Source: a virus
Lineage: Duplodnaviria > Heunggongvirae > Uroviricota > Caudoviricetes
IMG/VR virus record: IMGVR_UViG_2728369393_000007
Direction: 5' to 3' (one strand)
DNA length: 64,000 nucleotides
Below the pieces are notes generated by a model. The model was not told the origin of the DNA, made no database searches, and saw only the letters and a list, made by a program, of their open reading frames with translations. Positions 46,811 to 56,569 of the stretch are shown here, piece by piece. The first letter of the stretch is position 1. Each line of letters starts with the position of its first letter. The position numbers and the translations under genes were made by a program.

Positions 46811-47530
46811 CTAACCAAATCTGTTGATATTGAATGGTACAGATGAGATTACTTTTGACTGGATATAGAGCAGCGCCATTCCCTCTTTTTCGATGCTCCA
46901 TGGCTGATAGTTGGGATTGTCTGATAAGACCATGATCTTGCTTCCAATTTTTTGAAGTCGTTTGACGTAACATTCGCCATCAAAGCAAAATGCATAAATG
47001 CCATCGCCGTCAAAGTAAGTTACTGTTTTATCTAAAAACAGTAAGTCTCCCGGGGAGATTGTTGGGGCCATGCTGTCCCCTCTGGCGTTACCGATTTCTA
47101 TGTTCTTGAATGCTCTGTTACCGACCAGGCGGCGGGCATATTCAGGATCAAGTTCTATTGAGCGTACTACATCAATTAGATCTCCCCGTACATGAGTTCC
47201 GTCGCCGCAACTGAATTCAACATCCAGTACATTGAACACAACGCTGTCTTCTCTTGTATGGTGTTTTTCAGCTGAAGAGAATGTCGATGAGGCATCTTCA
47301 CCCAAAAACCAGGATTGTGGATAACCACTAATTACTGATAGCTGTGCAAGTTTATCGCTTCTGGGAAACGTCTTTCCTGTAGTCCAGTATTGTACTGATT
47401 GCGCGCTTACACCCAGCTTACGGGCTAGTTCAGCCTGACTCCAGCCTTTCGTTTTCAGCATCATTGCTATCCGATTTTCTGTGCTTTTTATATTCTTCAT
47501 GGTGAGTTCCTGTCGAAGCTTTATACACAT
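46811..47530 (-). CDS. cI: CI-type repressor (HTH_XRE + S24 LexA-like peptidase domain)
   Basis: …GWSQAELARKLGVSAQSVQYW… HTH and …GDSMAPTISPGD…VKRL… Ser/Lys dyad; start may be the internal ATG at 47500. Confidence 0.8.
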   Translation of the reverse strand: MCIKLRQELTMKNIKSTENRIAMMLKTKGWSQAELARKLGVSAQSVQYWTTGKTFPRSDKLAQLSVISGYPQSWFLGEDASSTFSSAEKHHTREDSVVFNVLDVEFSCGDGTHVRGDLIDVVRSIELDPEYARRLVGNRAFKNIEIGNARGDSMAPTISPGDLLFLDKTVTYFDGDGIYAFCFDGECYVKRLQKIGSKIMVLSDNPNYQPWSIEKEGMALLYIQSKVISSVPFNINRFG

Positions 47531-47632
47531 AAATATTAACTTGATTTTAGTGTATTCGATCCTTTTGAAACTTGCATGTTAATTTATTCTTGATGTATTC
47601 TTGATTTGTAAAGTTAATGTTGGAGCTGCGCT
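47531..47632. promoter_or_regulatory. divergent cI/cro promoter-operator region
   Basis: AT-rich intergenic with repeated TTCTTGAT / ACTTGATTTT motifs. Confidence 0.45.
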
Positions 47633-47890
47633 GTGATAAAACTGAATGATTACGACATGTTGCGTAAATTGATCCCTCAAAACGCCATAGCGAGATACAT
47701 CGGTGTTACGCCACAAGCGGTGAATCTGTGGTTTTCTAAAAACTCCGTTCCTTCTCGTTTTGTTTTACGGGTGTGTGAATTGGTTGAATGGAAGGTTACT
47801 CCGCATGGGTTAAGACCTGATCTATACCCTTATCCCGAAGATGGAATTCCTGATTCGTTACGAAAATCAAACGGTATTACCAGAGATTAA
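47633..47890 (+). CDS. Cro-like / YdaS-family DNA-binding protein
   Basis: GTG with GGAG RBS; …AIARYIGVTPQAVNLWFSKNSVP… HTH. Confidence 0.55.
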   Translation: MIKLNDYDMLRKLIPQNAIARYIGVTPQAVNLWFSKNSVPSRFVLRVCELVEWKVTPHGLRPDLYPYPEDGIPDSLRKSNGITRD

Positions 47891-47971
47891 AGACTGACTG
47901 TCACAAGCAGTAATTCACGATGAATACGTTTTGGCGTGAGTTCTGAAATGTCATCCTCAAGGAGCAATCAG

Positions 47972-48679
47972 ATGAACACCGCAATTTTTAACGATAAAGC
48001 ATCCATGACCAGCGTTGAGATTGCAGAGCTGGTGGGCAGCCAACACAAAGATGTTAAACGCAGCATTGAAAGACTCATGGGGAAGGGAGTTATCCGAAGT
48101 GCGCCAATGGCGAATTTCGAAATAATCAACAACTTAGGATTGAAAAGAAATGTAGCTGCTTACGTATTCGAAGGTGAACAAGGCAAACGCGACAGTATCA
48201 TTGTTGTCGCGCAGATTTGCCCTGAATTCACCGCCCGCCTGGTAGACCGCTGGCGTGAACTGGAAGAACAGATCCGTAAGCCAATGAGCGAAATCGAAAT
48301 GGTTGCCGCGATGGCTCTTGAAGCCGTTCGCCAACAGAAACGGATCACTCAGGTGGAAGAAAAAGTCATCCACGTTGCTGAAACAGTTGAGCAAATTAAA
48401 AAGGGCACTATTCGTGAGGGCTATGCCGGATATCGCCAACTGAAAGCAAAAACCGGTTTGTCAGATGATAAATGCTGCAATCTGGTGAACGCCTATCAAA
48501 TTCCTACAGACACACATGAGTTCATGACGCCGGACGGATTGTTGTCACGTCGCGCAATTGTTGCTGTGGAACCGTTTATGGCTGCTTTTTATCGGGTTAT
48601 GGAGGAAGCAGAACCGCGAGGGACTCGCTGGTATCACCCGAAAATGGGGTTATTTCAGGTTATTGGTTGGCAGCGGTGA
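47972..48679 (+). CDS. phage regulatory protein, Rha/antirepressor-like N-terminal domain
   Basis: AAGGAG RBS; …MTSVEIAELVGSQHKDVKRSIERLM…. Confidence 0.5.
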   Translation: MNTAIFNDKASMTSVEIAELVGSQHKDVKRSIERLMGKGVIRSAPMANFEIINNLGLKRNVAAYVFEGEQGKRDSIIVVAQICPEFTARLVDRWRELEEQIRKPMSEIEMVAAMALEAVRQQKRITQVEEKVIHVAETVEQIKKGTIREGYAGYRQLKAKTGLSDDKCCNLVNAYQIPTDTHEFMTPDGLLSRRAIVAVEPFMAAFYRVMEEAEPRGTRWYHPKMGLFQVIGWQR

Positions 48680-49086
48680 AAAAAAGCCGGGAGTAACCCG
48701 GCTCACTCAACATCAATAACGGGGAGCTGTTTCGCATAAAACGGCTCCGAAACATCCAAGAACAGTTCTAAAGATATCAGCAGCTATATGATCATTTCAA
48801 GACCAAATATTGATTCTGCAATTTCGGGACGTTACACTGTCTCCGCACCTTATAAAGCGGGTGCCGGGGTCGCAGCCCGGAATTGCTCGAGGCGATATAC
48901 GACGCGCCAGCGTCTTTTTTATCGTCCATGCTCGCGCACGCCAGAATTATGGTGGGCTGGGCAGGGGAGCCGAAAGGCTCGCCGGTTTCCTTGAGCGCCG
49001 GTACTGCGAACCCTGTTCAGTTCACCACCCATGAGTTTCGCAGCTCCGGTGGTGGAAGTTTTTCACTGCTCAAGGAGGCTGCCATC

Positions 49087-49449
49087 ATGGCTACAGTCCC
49101 AACTTCCCCATACCTGAAAATTGAAGTTGTCAACGGCAAGGCCGTTATTTTCTCCCTGCATGTTGCCTGCCACTTTAAGCGCATGCACCAGAACATCGTC
49201 GACAAAATCGAGTATCTGAACTGCTCACGCGAGTTTTTTACCCGCAATTTCATACCGGGTACTTATCACATCTACGGTGACTCCCTGCGTGGTTATTACA
49301 TCACCCTTGATGGTCTGATGATGCTTCAGCTTGGGTTAAGTCTACGCACAATGCGGTACTACGAGAGCTGCATTGAAGCATTCCATGAGGCAGAAATCAG
49401 CCTCAGTCACACCGCTTTCCGCCGTAATCAATGGGAGGTGCGCCCATGA
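49087..49449 (+). CDS. Rha-family phage regulatory protein
   Basis: AAGGAGG RBS; …FSLHVACHFKRMHQNIVDKIEYL…YITLDGLMMLQLGLS… resembles Phage_pRha domain. Confidence 0.55.
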   Translation: MATVPTSPYLKIEVVNGKAVIFSLHVACHFKRMHQNIVDKIEYLNCSREFFTRNFIPGTYHIYGDSLRGYYITLDGLMMLQLGLSLRTMRYYESCIEAFHEAEISLSHTAFRRNQWEVRP

Positions 49450-49679
49450 TTCGCCGCGTCGTTAATTCCCTGTATCACCGATACAACCGTTGCCCCCGTG
49501 TGGGGCAGTGGTTCACCACCAGCAACGGCCACGTTCTGCGGGTTTGCCTGGTCAATACAGAAAGCCAGATGGTTGTCTGCCAGGTTCAGGGACGTACTCA
49601 TACCCTGAGTTATCCGCTGGTGGCTTTTCAGTCCGGGAAAATGTTTAAGCGTCTGGGAGGTGGCTATGCGTCCGTCTGA
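49446..49679 (+). CDS. hypothetical small protein
   Basis: ATGA overlap with upstream stop; 77 aa. Confidence 0.35.
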   Translation: MIRRVVNSLYHRYNRCPRVGQWFTTSNGHVLRVCLVNTESQMVVCQVQGRTHTLSYPLVAFQSGKMFKRLGGGYASV

Positions 49680-50574
49680 TCTTCTGCTCGATTTTGGGCA
49701 TCCGGTTGCTTATTACCCTGGGCTCGTTAAATACATGGGAAGTCCGCACGCTGTTATTTTCTTTGGTCAGATTTTTTACTGGCAGGATAAAGCACATGCA
49801 GCGGAAGGCGTACATAAAACGCGTGAAGAGATACAACACGAAACTGGACTTACATTTGAACAACAGGCTGTAGCGCGTAAGCATCTTGTGTCCAGAGGCA
49901 TTTTGGTTGAAACCAACAAGCGTCTTGAGCACAAAATGTTCTACCGTATAGATTGTGAGCGCCTTAATGAAATTATCAATGAAAACAATCAGTTTTCCCG
50001 AAATGGGGAAACCCGTTTTCGGGAAACTGTAAAACCCAATTTCGCGGAGGAGGGAAAGCCTTCACCGCGGACACGGGAAACCACTCGCCGCGGAGAAGGG
50101 AAAACCAATTTCGATCTTACAGAGAATACAACAGAGATTACTTCAGAGAATACTACAGAGAGTAAAAACACTATTGGCGCATCCGCTGACGCGTCTGCAC
50201 CAGCGCGTTCTGCCCGACAGGAATATTCACCGGAATTTGAACAGGCCTGGCAGGAATATCCCAAACGTGCTGGTGGTAATTCCAAGTCAGCAGCCTTCAA
50301 AGCCTGGAAAGCCCGAATCAGGGAAGGTGTGACACCAGAAACCATGCTCAACGGTGTGAAACGCTATGCTGCCTGGGTGCGTGTCTCAGGAAATACCGGC
50401 ACCCAGTTCGTGAAGCAGGCGTCGACGTTCTTTGGACCCGATCGTCACTTCGAAGATTTCTGGCAACAGCCAGCAGCTCCCGGAGGTGGGCGACAGCGAC
50501 AGGTCGATGTCCTGGCTGGCCTGGGAGCCATGTCTGACAAATTCGGTAAATCCAGTGACAAATTGACATTCTGA
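49666..50574 (+). CDS. phage replication initiation / replisome organiser protein
   Basis: GGGAGG RBS; N-terminal winged-helix-like block and C-terminal …EFEQAWQEYPKR…FKAWKARI… block. Confidence 0.55.
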   Translation: MRPSDLLLDFGHPVAYYPGLVKYMGSPHAVIFFGQIFYWQDKAHAAEGVHKTREEIQHETGLTFEQQAVARKHLVSRGILVETNKRLEHKMFYRIDCERLNEIINENNQFSRNGETRFRETVKPNFAEEGKPSPRTRETTRRGEGKTNFDLTENTTEITSENTTESKNTIGASADASAPARSARQEYSPEFEQAWQEYPKRAGGNSKSAAFKAWKARIREGVTPETMLNGVKRYAAWVRVSGNTGTQFVKQASTFFGPDRHFEDFWQQPAAPGGGRQRQVDVLAGLGAMSDKFGKSSDKLTF

Positions 50575-50584
50575 GGTGACAGCG

Positions 50585-51463
50585 ATGATGACGTTTAACC
50601 TGCGTGAACAACAAACAAGACTACAGGCGCGGATGGATGAGTTACGGGCAGAGATTGCATTTGCTCAGAAGGGCGAAAAACCATGGCCTTATCGTTCCTG
50701 CTGGATGCGTGAAGGGCGCGGGTGTTGCGAAAAACATGGCGAATACCACACACATATTCTGGTGTGGAGCGATCGTAATGGCGAGGACAGAGAAAAAATT
50801 TCATGCTGCCCTGACTGCTTGATAGCTGAGGCCAACGATTTGACCATGGAGCTGTCGTCCCTCAAGGCGGAAGAACTGACTGATAACGCCGGAATTGCTC
50901 TGCGTTTTCGGGACTGCGAGTTTGATAATTATCTGGAGGTTAATCCTGACGCAGCCAGAAATCTTGCGGCCTGTCGCCGCTATGCGGAGAACTGGCCAGA
51001 TATGCTGGAGAACGGTACCAGTCTTGTTATGACCGGCAGTTGCGGTACCGGGAAAAATCATCTGGCGGTATCAATGGCAAAACACATCATCCGTAACTAT
51101 CTGGCCAGTGTGGAGATCACCGACGTGATGCGCCTTACCCGTGCTGTGAAAAACTGCTGGCGGAATGACAGTGAAAAAACAGCGGATGACGTCATTGAGC
51201 ATTATGCGTCACTGGATTTGCTGATCATCGACGAAGTCGGCGTTCAGTTTGGCAGTGCGGCTGAAATGGCCATTTTGCAGGAAATTATCAATGCCCGGTA
51301 TGAGGGTATTTTGCCAACTATCTTGATCAGCAACCTTTCACCGGAAGAATTGTGGGCGTTCATCAGTCCCCGGATTGCCGACAGGATCACCAATGGCGGG
51401 CGCAACTGGTTGTCGTTTAACTGGCCCAGCTACCGTTCTCGTATCGGAGGTGTTGCCGCATGA
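50585..51463 (+). CDS. DnaC-like helicase loader (AAA+ ATPase)
   Basis: Walker A GSCGTGKNHLA and Walker B LLIIDEVG. Confidence 0.8.
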   Translation: MMTFNLREQQTRLQARMDELRAEIAFAQKGEKPWPYRSCWMREGRGCCEKHGEYHTHILVWSDRNGEDREKISCCPDCLIAEANDLTMELSSLKAEELTDNAGIALRFRDCEFDNYLEVNPDAARNLAACRRYAENWPDMLENGTSLVMTGSCGTGKNHLAVSMAKHIIRNYLASVEITDVMRLTRAVKNCWRNDSEKTADDVIEHYASLDLLIIDEVGVQFGSAAEMAILQEIINARYEGILPTILISNLSPEELWAFISPRIADRITNGGRNWLSFNWPSYRSRIGGVAA

Positions 51464-52860
51464 CCAGCCAGAACACCCCGGCATGGCGTAACGATGACCT
51501 GGAAGGCGCTGTCATTGGCGCGTTTTTTCTGCGTGGGGCTGATCCGGAAGTGATGGATATTCTGGCCACATTGTCGGCGGACGTTTTTTCTGCACGACAG
51601 TACCGGGATATTTACGCGGGAATTTGCAGACAGGCACGTGTATCCGGCGTCATTGACCCCGTACTGCTGTGCAATGAGATGCCGGAACTTGCCCCGGTGA
51701 TTACCGACACCGGACGCAAAACCTGGGTGAAGTCTTCACTGGAGCACTATGTCGCAGCGTTGCGGCGTAATGCCGCACTGCGCGATGCAGAAAAAACACT
51801 GACTGAAGCATTACAGAATTTACGGGATGCGCATACCTGTGAAGCAGCCGAGGATGCCCTGAAGGATGCGCAGAACATGATGGCCTCACTGTCGACCGGA
51901 AAGGGCGTCATTCAGCCGGTTCACATTGATGATGTCCTTCCGGAAGTGGTCGACCGTGTTGAATGCCGCAATCAGGGACTGGAGAAATCCAGGGCGCTGA
52001 TGACCGGTATTGATGAACTGGACGCAAAAACGGGCGGTATGGAGCCAGGCGACCTGGTATTCATTGCGGCCCGTCCTTCGATGGGGAAAACCGAACTTGC
52101 GCTGGATATCATCGACAAGGTGACTGAGCAGGGGCATGGCGTGCTTCTGTTCACCATGGAGATGGCGAACATTCAGATTGGTGAACGTATGGTGTCTGCT
52201 GCCGGGGGAATGCCGGTATCCCGTCTTAAGTCTGTTGCCCGTTTTGAAGATGAAGACTGGGCGCGTTTCTCACAGGGCGTGGGACGAATGACGGGGCGTA
52301 ATATCTGGATGGTGGACCAGGCAAACCTGACCATTGATGAGATATGTGCAACCACGAGGCACCACCGGATGAAACACCCGGAAACGGCGCTGGTGGTGGT
52401 CGATTACCTCGGCCTGATTAAAACCCGCAGCACGGGGCGTCACGACCTTGCTGTGGGGGAAATCTCAAAGGGACTTAAAAGCCTGGCAAAATCCGGCGGT
52501 TTTCCGCTGATTGCTCTGAGCCAGCTCTCCCGTGGCGTGGAATCCAGACCCAATAAACGCCCCATGAACTCGGACCTGAAAAACTCAGGGGAAATAGAGG
52601 CGGATGCAGACATCATTCTGATGCTTTACAGGGATGAGGTGTACAACCCGGAGACACAGGCGAGAGGCATAGCTGAAATCAACATCACGAAACAGCGTAA
52701 TGGCACGCTGGGTACCATTTACCGGCGTTTTCATAACGGGCATTTTCTGCCTGTGGACCAGGAGAGTGCCCGGGTTCTTTCCACTCCCATGACGCCGGGC
52801 AATCCGCGCAGATACAGCAATAACCGCATGTCGGGTAGTAAAACGGAGCGTTTATTTTGA
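51460..52860 (+). CDS. replicative DNA helicase, DnaB family
   Basis: Walker A ARPSMGKTELAL, …LIALSQLSRGVESR… helicase motifs. Confidence 0.85.
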   Translation: MTSQNTPAWRNDDLEGAVIGAFFLRGADPEVMDILATLSADVFSARQYRDIYAGICRQARVSGVIDPVLLCNEMPELAPVITDTGRKTWVKSSLEHYVAALRRNAALRDAEKTLTEALQNLRDAHTCEAAEDALKDAQNMMASLSTGKGVIQPVHIDDVLPEVVDRVECRNQGLEKSRALMTGIDELDAKTGGMEPGDLVFIAARPSMGKTELALDIIDKVTEQGHGVLLFTMEMANIQIGERMVSAAGGMPVSRLKSVARFEDEDWARFSQGVGRMTGRNIWMVDQANLTIDEICATTRHHRMKHPETALVVVDYLGLIKTRSTGRHDLAVGEISKGLKSLAKSGGFPLIALSQLSRGVESRPNKRPMNSDLKNSGEIEADADIILMLYRDEVYNPETQARGIAEINITKQRNGTLGTIYRRFHNGHFLPVDQESARVLSTPMTPGNPRRYSNNRMSGSKTERLF

Positions 52861-53114
52861 ACAACAGAACCACCACTGTTTCACCGGAACAACTTCGTCG
52901 GCAGGCGCAGGAGATGCTTCGTTGTGCTGAACAGATGGAAAAAACGAGCGTGGCAAAAGATACGCTCCGCAAGCAGCTTACTCCGGCGCTTCGTGATCTG
53001 CTGCAGGCAAAACATCGCACACAAAAGGCGGTGGATGAGCTGGTGGATTGCGTGGCGGAACTGGAAGGCCAGGTAAGCCAGTTTGAAACGCTGGTGAAAG
53101 AGTTTACTGCGTGA
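52857..53114 (+). CDS. hypothetical small coiled-coil protein
   Basis: 85-aa ORF overlapping dnaB stop. Confidence 0.4.
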   Translation: MNNRTTTVSPEQLRRQAQEMLRCAEQMEKTSVAKDTLRKQLTPALRDLLQAKHRTQKAVDELVDCVAELEGQVSQFETLVKEFTA

Positions 53115-53246
53115 TGGCTGAATTTTTTCTCCTGCGTTCATGCAATACGTTCGCTGAGGTGACCGTGAGAGCACTGCTGACCCCTGAAATTGCCCGCGTA
53201 TGGGGATCGTCTTGTTCAGACCCGGTTCAGAGCTGATGCCCTGTTT

Positions 53247-54152
53247 TCAGGACAGCACACCAATCGCCAGTGCGCGATCGATAAAACGAAATATCAGCTC
53301 CAGTTGGGAACCATACTTCTCTTCAAATGCCACGGTATCCGCATGCAGTTCGTCATGGTGTTTTCTGCACAAAGGCAACACAAAAAGGTCATGCGCTTTT
53401 GTACCCATTCCACCCTGACCATGGCCAATCAGGTGATGTGGATCGTCGGCTGGCTTACCACAACACGCGCAAGGCTGTGTCTTAACCCAGCGCGTGTACT
53501 TTTCATTAACCCAGCGACGACGTTTGGGGCGTAACATAAAAGACTCCGGCGACTCCGGATCCACTTTCAGCGCCAGCACCTTTTTCGCTTTATCCTGGAT
53601 AATGCTGGTGGCAGGAACCGAAGGCACAAGGTCACTCTCCCGGGTGACAGACGGCAAAACAGGCTTCGGTAATCTCAGGGCCTTACGGGCTGCACTTTCC
53701 GGTAAGGCATCCGCCAGGTCATTACGAACCAGCCACCAGCACAGTTCAGGCATTGTCACAACGTGACTGTCATCAAAACCGAGATCACGACGGACTACGG
53801 ACAACACCCAGCGGGCACAGTTATCCGTTGCCATTGACTCCAGACGTTCCGTGAACTGATCGCGAAGCAGGTTATCGCAGTGCCAGCACAGACGGATTGC
53901 GCCCGGCGCGTGTCGCATTGTGGTCATGTTCTCGCTGTGCCATCCGGAATGAGGCCACTGGCAGCCTTTTTCACGAAGTAACCAGCTCTCAAGGCATTCC
54001 ACGCCACCAGCACGACGGATCACCGCCTCATGGCGGAACACGGCCCGAACGGCAGGATCATCCGCCAGCGGTTGTGATGCTGCCGGAACGGCACCACTGG
54101 CAAAAGATGAATAACGTTCCGGCTCAGGCTCCAGCAGGACACGCCCCTGCAT
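53247..54152 (-). CDS. DUF968 family protein (YdfU-like), inverted relative to neighbours
   Basis: …CACCGKPADDPHHLIGHGQGGMGTKAHDLFVLPLCRKHHDELH; paralog of 4949-5932. Confidence 0.7.
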   Translation of the reverse strand: MQGRVLLEPEPERYSSFASGAVPAASQPLADDPAVRAVFRHEAVIRRAGGVECLESWLLREKGCQWPHSGWHSENMTTMRHAPGAIRLCWHCDNLLRDQFTERLESMATDNCARWVLSVVRRDLGFDDSHVVTMPELCWWLVRNDLADALPESAARKALRLPKPVLPSVTRESDLVPSVPATSIIQDKAKKVLALKVDPESPESFMLRPKRRRWVNEKYTRWVKTQPCACCGKPADDPHHLIGHGQGGMGTKAHDLFVLPLCRKHHDELHADTVAFEEKYGSQLELIFRFIDRALAIGVLS

Positions 54153-54171
54153 TTTTTTGTGGAGAAAGTTG

Positions 54172-54540
54172 ATGCGTGATATTCAGATGGTTCTTGAACG
54201 CTGGGGGCATGGGCGGCAAGTGGTAACACCGGGGTGGACTATTCTCCGATCGCTGCCGGATTCAAAGGCCTTTTACCATCTACCACTAAACCACGTCCAG
54301 CCTGCTGCGATGATGACGGACTTATCATTGAAAACTGTCTTGCACGTCTGAAGCAGAAAAAACCTGAGGAGTATTCGCTTCTCATTGCTCATTATTTGTT
54401 GCGAATATCAAAAAGACAGATAGCCAGGACGAAAGAAAAGCGAAAAAGCAATACGAATTGAGATGCAGATAGCCGAAGGGTTTATTGACGGATGTTTGTC
54501 TGTGCTGGGGGTAGACTGGAGATGGACGACTGGCTGCTAA
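54172..54540 (+). pseudogene. phage 82-type antiterminator Q, frameshifted
   Basis: GGAGAAAG RBS, MRDIQMVLERWG… then frame changes (…IAAGFKGLL…CCDDDGLIIENCLARLK…, …GFIDGCLSVLG…). Confidence 0.5.
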
Positions 54541-54621
54541 AAAAAGTAAAAAATGATTAGTGCGGTCCGCAAAAAGTATGTCAGTATGTTAAGAGTGGTT
54601 ACTTTGCCACACAGCTTAAAT

Positions 54622-54642
54622 CCGCCGTCAGGCGGGTTTTTT
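54622..54642 (+). terminator. rho-independent terminator downstream of decayed Q
   Basis: CCGCC-GTCA-GGCGG + T6. Confidence 0.55.
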
Positions 54643-54764
54643 ATGCCTGAAATCGGACCAGTACGTTAAACGCGCTGGTGGCGGTGAATACCGGTCTTTC
54701 AGCTTGCTGGCTTTTTCGACAAGAGTTATTGGTGTGTCACGTTAACCGGAAAAGGGAAAAAGAC

Positions 54765-54962
54765 ATGCTGAAACAGCAGGATATGACAGAAACCGCCAGA
54801 GTGGTGTTTAATGAATTAAGTGCCACCGCACCGGCGACAGTCGGGGAGATTGCACAGAATACGTACCTTTCACGCGAACGCTGCCAGCTAATACTGACCC
54901 AGCTTGTTATGGCGGGTCTGGCAGACTATCAGTTTGGTTGTTACAGACGCCTTCAGTCCTGA
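54765..54962 (+). CDS. hypothetical small winged-helix-like protein
   Basis: 65 aa MLKQQDMTETARVVFNELSATAPATVGEIAQ…; architecture similar to 2118-2495. Confidence 0.4.
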   Translation: MLKQQDMTETARVVFNELSATAPATVGEIAQNTYLSRERCQLILTQLVMAGLADYQFGCYRRLQS

Positions 54963-55114
54963 AGGCTTTTTTATTTGTGGTAAATGGGCGGCTGGTGGGT
55001 GTTAGGGGCACTCACCAGCCATCTGCTCATGCGTTGGGGTCACAAGCAAAACCTCAGGCCCATCTGCTTTGCGCAAAAGCGGTATGAGCCTATCAGAGAC
55101 AGGCTTAATGATCC

Positions 55115-55768
55115 ATGTTTAATACTGTAAAAATATCCAGTTGTGAGTTAATCAACGCCGACTGCCTGGAATTTATCCGGTCGTTACCCGAAAATTCTGT
55201 TGACCTGATAGTCACGGACCCGCCGTACTTTAAAGTGAAGCCTGAGGGCTGGGATAACCAGTGGACGGGTGATGAGGATTACCTGAAATGGCTGGACCAG
55301 TGTCTGGCGCAGTTCTGGCGGGTGCTGAAACCTGCCGGAAGTCTTTACCTGTTCTGTGGCCATCGCCTGGCATCTGACATTGAAATCATGATGCGTGAAC
55401 GCTTCAGTGTGCTGAACCATATTATCTGGGCGAAGCCGTCCGGACGCTGGAACGGGTGCAACAAGGAAAGCCTGAGGGCGTATTTCCCCGCCACAGAGCG
55501 CATTCTGTTCGCGGAACATTATCAGGGGCCGTATCGTCCGAAAGATGCCGGGTATGAGGCGAAGGGCAGGGCACTGAAACAGCATGTGATGGCTCCGCTG
55601 ATTGCTTACTTTCGTGATGCGCGTGCTGCCCTGGGGATAACGGCAAAACAGATAGTGGATGCCACAGGAAAGAAAAACATGGTGTCGCACTGGTTCAGTG
55701 CCAGTCAGTGGCAGCTACCGAACGAAAGCGATGAAGTCACCGTTACTGAAGCGGGCGCTGCAGGGTAA
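55115..55768 (+). pseudogene. DNA methyltransferase (DPPY motif), C-terminally truncated
   Basis: …DLIVTDPPYF… catalytic motif present but no C-terminal SAM-binding FxGxG block; ORF ends 13 nt before tail-gene remnant. Confidence 0.55.
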
Positions 55769-55781
55769 ACGGAGGTAATAC

Positions 55782-56460
55782 ATGTTTCTGAAAACAGAAC
55801 AATTTGAATATAACGTGTCCGTCACTTTCCGAATTGTCTGCGCTGCAGCGGTTTGATTATATAAAGTTTTTTTCAGACGCAAAACAACAGGAGACAACGA
55901 AGCATGATGTCGTGCACATTAACAGCGATATCTGGAAACGGCATCCCTGCTTGTGGCGATGTCGCTATGGCATTCCCATTCCCTCAAAGGCACTCTGGCC
56001 TCTCCGGAGACAGAGATGCAGCAGATCCGCCGTGAAGTGATGCTGGGATGGCCTGCTGATGCACTGAATCAGGCAACGAACGGGTTTTATCTTTCAGGTA
56101 TGGATAAACCGGCACGATGCCGATCCTGAACCAACCGGGAAAACAGAAGCGACTGAGCCGGTAACATCAAAAAAGCATTCGAAGGCGAGCTGAACTTTGT
56201 CCTGAAACTGGCGCGTGAGATGGGGAGAGCCGACTGGCGCGCCATGCTTGCCGGGATGACATCCACCGAATATGCCGACTGGCGACGTTTTTACTGCACG
56301 CATTATTTTCAGGATACCCAGCTGGATATGCATTTTTCCGGGCTGACGTACGCCGTACTCAGCCTGTTTTTTTGCGATCCGGATATGCATCGGCGGATTT
56401 CAGCCTGTTCGCTCCGGAGGCAGAGGAAGGGCAGGCGGAGACGCCGACGAAAATGATGTA
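55782..56460 (+). pseudogene. tail assembly chaperone G/T remnant
   Basis: GGAGG RBS, MFLKTEQFEYN… then frameshifts; T-frame segment …MLAGMTSTEYADWRRFYCTHYFQD… at 56220-56456. Confidence 0.5.
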
Positions 56461-56569
56461 CTTGATGCAGAGGCGGCGGGCCTCGCCGGTGGAGTCCGTT
56501 TCGGGGAGGAGGGAAGGAGGTTGTGACAGTTATTGATGGTATCAGAGGACATTTCAGGAGGTGACCACG

